From positions 32,001 to 96,000 of IMG/VR virus record IMGVR_UViG_3300025009_000004: a DNA stretch of 64,000 bases, one strand, 5' to 3'. Under the pieces are notes generated by a model. It was not told the origin of the DNA and made no database searches. It saw only the letters and a list, made by a program, of their open reading frames with translations. A program made the position numbers and the translations under genes. Source of the stretch: a virus. Shown one piece after another: positions 55,999 to 64,000 of the stretch; positions within the stretch are counted from its first letter, which is position 1, and the number at the start of each line of letters is the position of its first letter.

Positions 55999-58900
55999 TT
56001 AACCCCAATTAGAGGTTGATGTTGCAATCTTTCCTAATGACGATTGATACGCATTGCTAACTGCTGCGTTCACTTCAGATGCGATAGCTTTAGGCGATGA
56101 ACTCGTAGCGTTTATCGTAATATTAAAAGTTGGTGAAGTCATGTTTCTTTCAGCCTGTACTTTGTTAAGGTCAAATACACTGGGGGCGTTCCATACACCA
56201 TCAGACAACTTTAACAAAGCGTTTGTGTTGCGATCAAGAGCGTCAACGTTACGGAACAGAGGGTACATCTCTCGAACCGGCTGTACTGGCGGCGCTTCAT
56301 CTCCATTCTTTTTTCTCCCCAGCAATCCGCCGATAGCGCCAAGTATCGCACCAATCGGTCCACCAGTTAAAAAACCAGCAGCAGCGCCACCAAGGACACC
56401 AACTGTTCTATTACTCGTCGATGAACCAATAGCATATCCAAGCATTGCTGATGTTAAGTATTGCGATGTGCCATATTTCTTCGCACTGCTCATCTGATCT
56501 ACGCCTCTGCCGGTATATCCATTCCTCGCAGCCGCTGAATAATTAGCAGGAAGCAATTTAGAGCTGCCACCGCCAAATCCACCAAGCATGCTCATTAACC
56601 CGCCGCCGGCGCCACCAGCGCCACCCGCTGCATTAATATTATACTGAACGGAACTATTCGATATGCCAGGCATAATCATATCAGTAACGCTCATTGCTCT
56701 TTTGCCCATTCCCAAACCACCCATTGCAAGAGCACCTAAAGCAGAACGAGGGTCAGATAACGCAGGAGCATTACTTTTCTTCCCGCCGCCGCCCATGCCG
56801 TCTATTCCACCGAATATCATACCGAACATATCGCCTAATCCAGTTTTATTGATAAGCATTTCAGCGAATTTATCTGCTAATTTCTTAAGAACGCTATCGC
56901 CAATATTCTCAAGCACTTCTTTCCATTTATTGGTGGAATTATTTACCTCGTCCATTTTCTTACGGGCTTCTTCGATCTGACGATTAACTTCATTCCACTT
57001 ATCTCTCGATGAATTAATAGCGTCAATGTTACCCGTTGATTCAGCTTGAGCAATACCATAAGCCGCTGTATTTGAGTCCTCGCCTAACTTGGAAAGTTCT
57101 TTTGCTATTTCAGCTAATTGTTTTTTGCGCTCGTTTTTATTCTTCATCGATAAAGCGTCAAATATGCCAGTTGAAAGCATGCCTTGAACTTCTCTAACTT
57201 GTTCATTTATTCTCTGCTTTTTCTTAAGGTCAAGCTGTCTATCAATAAGGCCAAGCATTTGTTCTTCTTTGTTTATCTTAAGGTCAAGCAATTGAACTTC
57301 TTCTGTTGACATTGCAATAGATAATGCTTCTGCTTCATTTTTACCATTCTGCATTGCAACTATCTTCTGAGTTTCAATCGCAATCATTCGCTGTGCTTCA
57401 AGCTCAACTAAAGCAGATTTAATCTTCCATTCCATGTAGCTCTTTTCGTCTGATCTGGAAGCACTATATAAAGCAGCATATTCCATGTCATAGATTTCTG
57501 ATTTGATAGACAATTCAGTTCTAAGACGTTCCATGCCTACACGATTATCGCTTTCCCATTTCTCAAATGCAGCTATTTCTTCTGCCTGTTTTCGATATTT
57601 GCTCTGTAAGTTTATCTTCTCTTGTAATACTGCTATTTCTTCTTTAAACTTCTTAACTTCATCAGGTTTAAGATTCTTTTCTTCTGAGGCAAGAGCAGCT
57701 TTCTTAGCTTGCATTTCAGATTCATATTTAGCCGTTTCAGCGTCATATTTGAGCAGATATTTATCGGGCATTTTGCCTTCCCAATACGAAGACATCTGCT
57801 GCTGTTTTTGAAGGTCTGCTTCTGCTTTTTTGATACGCTCAAGTGCATTATAATGAGCTGTTGATTCACGGTCACGTTTGGCTGCGCCACCGGAAGGCTC
57901 TTTATATTCAAGCGCTTTCTGATTCTTGGCGTATTGTATCTGGTCGGCTATCCCCTTGGCGTCTCCTGGTCCGACAACTTTAGACCCCTTAACCGCCTTA
58001 AAATCCTGTGCATATGACTCTTGGGCCATTTTAGATATTTCTGCTTTTTCAGCCGGCGTTTTTGCTTCCTTAAGTCGTTTTGTCCATGCTTCGAAATTTG
58101 ACTGCGCTGCCTGCGCTGGAGATTGCGTTGGCAGCTCCCCAAATAGCATTTTAGATAGCCAGCCTGGAAGCATTGATCTTAAGAATGCTTCAACTGCCAC
58201 TTTAATCGTAAAAGATCGCGAAGTTAAATCAAGTAAATGAGCAGATAGCGTGTCTACGCCCTTTGTTGCAGAACTAATTGCCCCATCTAATTGTCCACGA
58301 ATAGACTCAGATAAAGCATTAATTTTAGCATTATTTTCTCTAATACTATCACTTGCGCCAGTTATTTCATTGCTATATTGTTTCCAGGTCGCAATCATTT
58401 CCTTGGCATCAGTTTGGGCAGATTCTGCGGCGATTTTGTTATCATTGTTATTTTCTTTAATCGCAAGATTAATCTTTCTTCGCGCCTCTTCTTCTTCGCT
58501 TTGATATTTTAATATCTGTTCTTGTGCGTATGCATACTGTGCGAGATAATCATCCGCAGAAGTCGTTTTAGTTGTCATGCGTTTCTGTCGCATTTCAACT
58601 TCAATTTTAGCCATTTCTCTTGCATATTCTAGGTTCTTAACACGAAGCATTGCCTCTGCCTGTAACTCTTCGTTTTTATTTTTAGTAACTTCGGGCTGTA
58701 ACACTTGAGAGCTAGCCATAATATTTGTTATTTTAGAACTAGTATCATCGGAGCCAAGTAATTGTGTAAATGCAGAGTTCGGTATTTTTCCAATAGACTT
58801 AAAAAAATCCTTAGATAATCTTCCTTTCTCAGTTTTTCCAGACATTGCCGCTTGAATATTTCTAAGTCGAATTAGCTCTTCATCGTCTAATTTACCAAGG

Positions 58901-61815
58901 GCATCTGTAACATCTTTGTCCTGCGCTCTGCCTGTATATTTTTTCTTAGATGCCTCTATTTCATTAATTCTCTCTAATACTGCCCACTCTACGTCAGGAT
59001 TTGTTGCCATTAGCCCTCTGATAAGCTGTAGGGTCCGAATGACCTCTTTCTCATCCTCAATTGTTTTTCCCACAAACCTTTTTAGCTTAGTGTCAGCTTC
59101 TTTAAAAACATTCCCTAAATCAACAATATTAGCAGTTGCGTCTGGTAAGCCAGAAATGCCAGCATTTTTAGTCGCCATAATTTCTTTATTATACTGTAAA
59201 TCAGACGTTTTTGAATATGCAGGAATAAGAGCGCCCGAAAGCGGGTCTCTCTCCATTTTCATTCCAGCCATTCCAGAAGCGCCAAGACCCTTGGCAATAG
59301 AACGAGAAATCTCTAACCTTTGGTCTTCGCTCTTAGCAGCAGAGAGTTCTTTAAATAATTTAATCGCCTCTGCAAGTTTATCATTCATTTCTTTCTGTTT
59401 TTCGGCAGCAGACTCAGTCATCGAACTATAAGAGGACCAAGCCATCGCGGCAGCGGCAATTGCCAATCCAATCGGTCCCATTGCCAAGTTCATGGCGCCC
59501 CATAACGCTCTCATTGTCCCAGCGGCCCTTGTGCCAGAAACGGCAATCATAGACAATCCGCTCGACATTATAGTCCAATTACGAGCAACCCCTGCCCACA
59601 TGCCAGTATTCCCAAGCGCCTGCACAAAACCAGAGCCAACAGTTTTTGCTTTGCCCATCGTTAAAAAGAAAACCATCACAGCATTCATAGCATGACCTAT
59701 TTCTTTTCTAAATGTGCTAAATAGGGATATTGCGCCACTAAATGCTAAAAATCCAGTAGCCGCTCCTGCAATTCCCGCTGATAAGCCAGGGGCCATGCTC
59801 GCCAGAGAAGAGAATGCATTTACAAGATTAGTAACTTGTCCAATTAAAGGAAGAAGCACGGCAGTAGACATTTCATACATCAATGTGCTAAATCTCTGAA
59901 ATGATTTGCTAAACTTTTCCATTTCAGATGCATTTGCTTTTTGAGCATATCCTAAAGAGTTAATTGACCCAGACGTTAATTCTGCTGCTCTGCCCATATT
60001 TTCCATTAAGGCTATAAATGCATTAAGTTGTCTTGAGCCGGCCATCTGTTCGCCTATGAATTTCTTCTGAACATCAGTTAATATTGACCATTTCTTTGCT
60101 ACCGTTTCTAATATCTGAGGAGCGCCCATTATATCGCCACTTATAGGAGATACAAATTGCTGTCCTTTAAATTCTTCCATGCCCTGCAACAGATTAAGTG
60201 TTTTCATTCTCTGAGCGCGTTCAATAATCGTCTTTAACGATGTACCTATTACCTCACCGCTTAATTGTGTTTTCTCAGATACAGCAGCGATATAACCGAA
60301 CAACTGATCTAAACTAACGCCCATTGTCTTAGCCATTGAGCCAGAGCGTTGCATTGCAGAGATAAGCACTTCAGATGATGCAGATGATTTAGCCTGTACT
60401 AATGCTAATTTATCTATTAATACAGTTGTATCACTGAATTGATCTTTCCATACATTTGTAGCGGTAGTTAGATAAGTAACAGTTGTTGCGAAATCAGTTG
60501 ATGCTACATTAACGCCAAGTAGCGCTGAACGAGTCATATCTATGATTTCATTCGCAGCTTTACCTTGCTTAGCAAATTCAGCATATGAACCTAACACTGT
60601 ATCAATAGGAACGCCAAACTCAGCAGCCATACCATATGCGCTCTGTCTTAATCCACCAATATTAGAGCCTTCGGGCAAGAACTTTTTAAGTTCAAGCATC
60701 TGGTCTTGCATCGCAACAGCTTGGCGCATAGCTTCGGTAAATTGTTGTATAGTTGACGTAATCGCGAAGAATGATATATAGTAACGACCAAGGCGCAAGA
60801 CAGCATCGCCTTGCTTACGCATTATATCGTTAATCCATGTCATTTTATTGCCATATTCATTAAGGCGAGATGTGCCACCAGCGATCTTATTTAAATAAGC
60901 CGATGTCGCTTCTAAGGTTTTTTGCTGTTCTGATAGATTTAGGCCAAATGTATTAAAGCCAGCATTCCCGCCAGTGCCAGGAATTTCTTTCTGTATTAAT
61001 GGCCTTACTTTATTCATCGCCTGTTTAACAGACATGCCCATTTGCTCAACTAAGAATTTGCCATATGCCTGTATGTTTGGGACAACTTGACCACCCGTGC
61101 CGAAGTTCTTATCGAGGTAGCCCTGTGGGAGCATTGTTACATCTTTACTTGTATATGTTTTAGGAGATGGAGTTATTCTTTCTGCGCGTTGCCTTGCCAT
61201 CAAATCCATGGCATATTGATGAGCAGATAACGGAGTTACCCTTTGTCTATCGGCTGCTTCTAATTTTTCTATTTGCTGCCGATATTTACGACTTTCTTTG
61301 GCGCTCAATGCTCTTTGCCTTATCTCTGCCTGTGTGTCCTGAAACTCAGAATATAGATGTTCCCCTGATTTTGATATTCGGCTTTTGCCGAGAACTCCCA
61401 TAGCACTCGTAGTCGATCCAATTGGCTGCTGCTTTCCATTTACTGTCTGAGTTACTTCAACATCGACCCTGGCTTTGGTCTTTTTAGAAGCGACTTTATC
61501 CATTGATTTTGATACTTCATCAACAGCATTCTTACTTCTAGTGGCTGATTGTTCGAGAGAAGAAAAGGTTTTAGACATGGCTTGAGGCAATGATTTAACG
61601 GCAGATTCAACTTGTTTAATAGCAGAAACCATATCAATGAAAATACTGCTCTTTAAACTGCCTTTCTTACTGAAAGATAGTTCAAGCGCTTTTCCTATTA
61701 AACTCGCTTGATTCTTCGCTTCTTCCGTTAGTCTCTTTAAGTCTGCAATAGCCCTTGAAGTGTCCAACTGAGATTTAATGAGTACATCTATAGTTGAAGT
61801 ATTTTGTCCAGCCAT
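55999..61815 (-). CDS. tail tape measure protein (TP901-like core)
   Basis: 1938 aa, helical; G..IGTSLKTI, MAGSRQLNAFIALMEN; hydrophobic G/A-rich segments; follows the chaperones. Confidence 0.92.
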   Translation of the reverse strand: MAGQNTSTIDVLIKSQLDTSRAIADLKRLTEEAKNQASLIGKALELSFSKKGSLKSSIFIDMVSAIKQVESAVKSLPQAMSKTFSSLEQSATRSKNAVDEVSKSMDKVASKKTKARVDVEVTQTVNGKQQPIGSTTSAMGVLGKSRISKSGEHLYSEFQDTQAEIRQRALSAKESRKYRQQIEKLEAADRQRVTPLSAHQYAMDLMARQRAERITPSPKTYTSKDVTMLPQGYLDKNFGTGGQVVPNIQAYGKFLVEQMGMSVKQAMNKVRPLIQKEIPGTGGNAGFNTFGLNLSEQQKTLEATSAYLNKIAGGTSRLNEYGNKMTWINDIMRKQGDAVLRLGRYYISFFAITSTIQQFTEAMRQAVAMQDQMLELKKFLPEGSNIGGLRQSAYGMAAEFGVPIDTVLGSYAEFAKQGKAANEIIDMTRSALLGVNVASTDFATTVTYLTTATNVWKDQFSDTTVLIDKLALVQAKSSASSEVLISAMQRSGSMAKTMGVSLDQLFGYIAAVSEKTQLSGEVIGTSLKTIIERAQRMKTLNLLQGMEEFKGQQFVSPISGDIMGAPQILETVAKKWSILTDVQKKFIGEQMAGSRQLNAFIALMENMGRAAELTSGSINSLGYAQKANASEMEKFSKSFQRFSTLMYEMSTAVLLPLIGQVTNLVNAFSSLASMAPGLSAGIAGAATGFLAFSGAISLFSTFRKEIGHAMNAVMVFFLTMGKAKTVGSGFVQALGNTGMWAGVARNWTIMSSGLSMIAVSGTRAAGTMRALWGAMNLAMGPIGLAIAAAAMAWSSYSSMTESAAEKQKEMNDKLAEAIKLFKELSAAKSEDQRLEISRSIAKGLGASGMAGMKMERDPLSGALIPAYSKTSDLQYNKEIMATKNAGISGLPDATANIVDLGNVFKEADTKLKRFVGKTIEDEKEVIRTLQLIRGLMATNPDVEWAVLERINEIEASKKKYTGRAQDKDVTDALGKLDDEELIRLRNIQAAMSGKTEKGRLSKDFFKSIGKIPNSAFTQLLGSDDTSSKITNIMASSQVLQPEVTKNKNEELQAEAMLRVKNLEYAREMAKIEVEMRQKRMTTKTTSADDYLAQYAYAQEQILKYQSEEEEARRKINLAIKENNNDNKIAAESAQTDAKEMIATWKQYSNEITGASDSIRENNAKINALSESIRGQLDGAISSATKGVDTLSAHLLDLTSRSFTIKVAVEAFLRSMLPGWLSKMLFGELPTQSPAQAAQSNFEAWTKRLKEAKTPAEKAEISKMAQESYAQDFKAVKGSKVVGPGDAKGIADQIQYAKNQKALEYKEPSGGAAKRDRESTAHYNALERIKKAEADLQKQQQMSSYWEGKMPDKYLLKYDAETAKYESEMQAKKAALASEEKNLKPDEVKKFKEEIAVLQEKINLQSKYRKQAEEIAAFEKWESDNRVGMERLRTELSIKSEIYDMEYAALYSASRSDEKSYMEWKIKSALVELEAQRMIAIETQKIVAMQNGKNEAEALSIAMSTEEVQLLDLKINKEEQMLGLIDRQLDLKKKQRINEQVREVQGMLSTGIFDALSMKNKNERKKQLAEIAKELSKLGEDSNTAAYGIAQAESTGNIDAINSSRDKWNEVNRQIEEARKKMDEVNNSTNKWKEVLENIGDSVLKKLADKFAEMLINKTGLGDMFGMIFGGIDGMGGGGKKSNAPALSDPRSALGALAMGGLGMGKRAMSVTDMIMPGISNSSVQYNINAAGGAGGAGGGLMSMLGGFGGGSSKLLPANYSAAARNGYTGRGVDQMSSAKKYGTSQYLTSAMLGYAIGSSTSNRTVGVLGGAAAGFLTGGPIGAILGAIGGLLGRKKNGDEAPPVQPVREMYPLFRNVDALDRNTNALLKLSDGVWNAPSVFDLNKVQAERNMTSPTFNITINATSSSPKAIASEVNAAVSNAYQSSLGKIATSTSNWG

Positions 61816-61844
61816 TATCTTCTCTCCCTTTTCTTCATCTCACA

Positions 61845-62117
61845 TCAAAATTTATCTTTAAATTCTTCGGCCTTTCGTTTCATTATAACATCGTCCAAAT
61901 GTCTATCAAGTTCATAGTCACTATCAATGACCTCTGCACTTGGTTTTTCCTTTGGAGTCATGTCACGCAATTCATAATAAAACTTACACCAACTTAAGAA
62001 TAGCGTTTTATTTAAATCCCAATCTGAGACGCACCCATCGAACATACTGCCTAAATCTTTACGACTTAGTTCGTACTTTCTTTGCCAGATATACTCGCGG
62101 GCAATTGCTCTAAAAAA
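61845..62117 (-). CDS. tail assembly chaperone C-terminal (GT) extension reached by -1 frameshift
   Basis: the -1 frame from the slippery site reads RAIAREYIWQRKYELSRKDLGSMFDG... into ORF 61845-62045. Confidence 0.75.
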   Translation of the reverse strand, partial: FFRAIAREYIWQRKYELSRKDLGSMFDGCVSDWDLNKTLFLSWCKFYYELRDMTPKEKPSAEVIDSDYELDRHLDDVIMKRKAEEFKDKF

Positions 62118-62743
62118 CGCTCACCAACTCCCATCCAGAAGGTAGTGCAATCTCTTACAAGATTAATTACGGCCTCGCCATTGGGATAACTCTCTAATTC
62201 ATTCTCATTTTTAAATAAAGGCTCAGTCATATTAGCGTCTTTAAACGCGCACATAACTACCTGTTTAACAATCTGTTCATTCTCTATTATCTTCTCGATA
62301 GTATGAGTGAACATGCTTTCTCTATCAGTGAATAATTTCATATAATTAAGCGTTGCTTTAGTGTAATGATTGTCTGCATCATCAAATGCAGGGTTATCTA
62401 TTCTATCTTCGTATTTAAAAGAATACCATTCTTTATACGCTTCCATATATGTTTTTTGCGCTTCGGTGAATATATTCTCGTCGGCTTCTGTCCACATGCC
62501 ATTGGCTTCAAGTTCTTTGCGCCATGCTCTCATCGTAGGGAACTGTTTCTCTCTTATCATTTTGAGATATTTGAGTGAATATTCTTTATCTAAAATATTC
62601 TTTTCCTTTAAGCGAGGAAACCTTACATAAATAGTTACACCGTCAAAAGTAATCTCTTTTGCCCCACTGAATAATATTGCCTTAGTGTCTGATAACTGTT
62701 CCATGTCTTTCGCTTCTTGAGTAACGACTTTCAATTCTTCCAT
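62066..62743 (-). CDS. tail assembly chaperone (G)
   Basis: lies between the major tail protein and the TMP; slippery heptamer near its 3' end. Confidence 0.8.
   Translation of the reverse strand: MEELKVVTQEAKDMEQLSDTKAILFSGAKEITFDGVTIYVRFPRLKEKNILDKEYSLKYLKMIREKQFPTMRAWRKELEANGMWTEADENIFTEAQKTYMEAYKEWYSFKYEDRIDNPAFDDADNHYTKATLNYMKLFTDRESMFTHTIEKIIENEQIVKQVVMCAFKDANMTEPLFKNENELESYPNGEAVINLVRDCTTFWMGVGERFLEQLPASISGKESTN
62111..62117 (-). other. programmed -1 ribosomal frameshift site T TTT TTA
   Basis: CGT TTT TTA GAG on the minus strand; open -1 frame downstream. Confidence 0.8.
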
Positions 62744-62758
62744 TTCATTTCACCCCTA

Positions 62759-62800
62759 AAATAATAATAGTGACAACAGATTTTACACTGCCGTCACTAT
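62759..62800 (-). terminator. intrinsic terminator after the major tail gene
   Basis: ATAGTGACGGCAG-loop-CTGTTGTCACTAT (13 bp with 2 G-U) then TATTATTTT. Confidence 0.65.
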
Positions 62801-62801
62801 C

Positions 62802-62830
62802 ATTATATCGATTTAATTATCGAATGTCAA
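62802..62830 (-). promoter_or_regulatory. consensus sigma70 promoter
   Basis: minus strand TTGACA-17 nt-TATAAT, a perfect consensus. Confidence 0.7.
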
Positions 62831-62845
62831 GGTTATTGTTATTGT

Positions 62846-64000
62846 TTATACGTCAAGAGCATTTCCGCTGCTGACCCAAGTTATATTGTCAGTCTGAAGA
62901 GTCGCTCTCCACTGGCCGGCAGAGTTACCTACACGGGCCGTATCGCCTTCGGTGACAACTTTGCAATTAGAGAGAGTTATCGTTTTAGCAAGCGTAGTAG
63001 CGCTAGCAGTATAAGCATCAGTATAAACTTCAATCTGAACGTCGCAATTATCTATGAAGTCTTTAACGTCCATAGAGGTTAGTGCAGCAAATTCACCAGC
63101 AGCATTTTTACCCTGTGCTATTGCCATCGTTTTAAGGTCGGCTTGATTGAAGGTCATATCAAACCTTACATTCAGCGGGTAGGTAGTCGGTTTGTCGATA
63201 TAACGCTGAGTGCCAAGTTCGTATATTTCCTGTCTGCCAAAATCTAACGAGCCGCTTACGCTCTGGCAACGGAGCAATCTTTCTTTTTCGCCAGCAAAGC
63301 CATGCTGCCATGCATACACTTTAATACAACCCCTGCGAAGCCCACCACGAGTTCCGGTGTTGGTAGAGGTAAGTTTCGGAAATGCACGAGGAGTATTAAC
63401 GTAATAAACTATTTCTATTCTATCGCCGGCAAGGAAGGGAGTGCCACTTGCTGCCGTTAAAATGTTTCCGGCCCAAGTGATACCATAGGTATCAACCGAT
63501 TTAGCTACATTCTTTACTTCTTCTTTATTTAAAAATACCGCCACAAGAGTATTGCCTGTCGCAATCGCGTTGGTCGTTGCAGTAGCAGTCGTAGCGAATG
63601 TTGCAAAGTCAATATCTATGTCTTTTTTAGTGCCAAGATACCATACTTTATGGTCGCCAGAAAAGCGATAGCTTTCTTTTGCAAGACCGCCAACTTCATA
63701 TGAGAACTCTATCGAGTCAAGATAGGCGCCCTGCATATGGCAGCTTCTGGTTAATACGGTCGTATTCGGTTCGCTTACTTTGAATACAAATGACGGGCAT
63801 CTCTGATGGTCGAGATCAAACGTGGGATCAGCCATTGTAACTGTTTCGGTTACAGCAACAGAGGTAGTCGTTATTACAACGACAACTTCACTACCAGCGA
63901 GAGGAGTTCCGCCAGTGCAAGTCAAAACGGCAGTTGCAGCAGTGCTAAGAGTGGCAGCAGTAAATCCGCCAGTAACCGCTTCGAGTCTATCAAACTGTTT
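62846..64000 (-). CDS. major tail (tube) protein, 5' end outside the window
   Basis: frame open to the window edge; T/A-rich beta protein, EIYELG motif; upstream of chaperones and TMP. Confidence 0.75.
   Translation of the reverse strand, partial: KQFDRLEAVTGGFTAATLSTAATAVLTCTGGTPLAGSEVVVVITTTSVAVTETVTMADPTFDLDHQRCPSFVFKVSEPNTTVLTRSCHMQGAYLDSIEFSYEVGGLAKESYRFSGDHKVWYLGTKKDIDIDFATFATTATATTNAIATGNTLVAVFLNKEEVKNVAKSVDTYGITWAGNILTAASGTPFLAGDRIEIVYYVNTPRAFPKLTSTNTGTRGGLRRGCIKVYAWQHGFAGEKERLLRCQSVSGSLDFGRQEIYELGTQRYIDKPTTYPLNVRFDMTFNQADLKTMAIAQGKNAAGEFAALTSMDVKDFIDNCDVQIEVYTDAYTASATTLAKTITLSNCKVVTEGDTARVGNSAGQWRATLQTDNITWVSSGNALDV

Noticed and set aside
56054-61403. Many plus-strand ORFs opposite the tape measure and other long genes
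   Set aside because: Antisense shadow ORFs with no RBS or motifs
1-64000. CRISPR array or Cas12 system associated with the TnpB-like or Cas4-like genes
   Set aside because: No regularly spaced repeat-spacer array was seen; the PD-(D/E)XK gene sits in the replication module
1-64000. Stop-codon reassignment
   Set aside because: Long genes are intact in the standard code, and TAA, TAG and TGA all end genes
1-64000. tRNA or rRNA genes, integrase, att site
   Set aside because: None recognisable by eye; lifestyle cannot be assigned from this window

Overview
This window is a segment of a large, AT-rich tailed dsDNA bacteriophage, probably siphovirus-like, with two convergent arms that meet at about 31,385. 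The + arm (1-31,385) carries small early ORFs and a bacterial-type replication, recombination and nucleotide-metabolism set: Sak4-like AAA ATPase, DnaB, SpoVG-like SSB, DnaE, ThyX, PD-(D/E)XK nuclease, RusA, dUTPase, HNH, Rad50/SbcC-like ATPase, class III NrdD and NrdG, dNMP kinase, Hel308-like helicase, DnaG and a PMI cupin. The - arm (31,382-64,000) carries the tail module (major tail protein cut by the window edge, frameshifted chaperones, 1938-aa tape measure, hub, 2084-aa tip/fibre with an S74-type chaperone), fibre/spike-like proteins and a lysis-like region with an Amidase_2 endolysin. The amidase, sigma70-type promoters and class III-only RNR suggest an anaerobic bacterial host with peptidoglycan (inference). 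Notable observations: (1) three TnpB genes and no transposase. One is an IS607-like element whose excision at AGGT restores a split ORF in frame. The other two are embedded in operons, and their covarying omegaRNA scaffolds run into the RBS and start of the next phage gene. (2) Four proteins with cleavable Sec-type signal peptides, three of them tail fibre/spike-like. (3) A DnaG with its CHC2 zinc finger at the C-terminus and a DHH protein with permuted motifs. (4) NrdD fused to a CxxC redoxin domain. (5) A stand-alone receiver domain in the lysis-like region. All calls come from reading motifs by eye; no searches were run.
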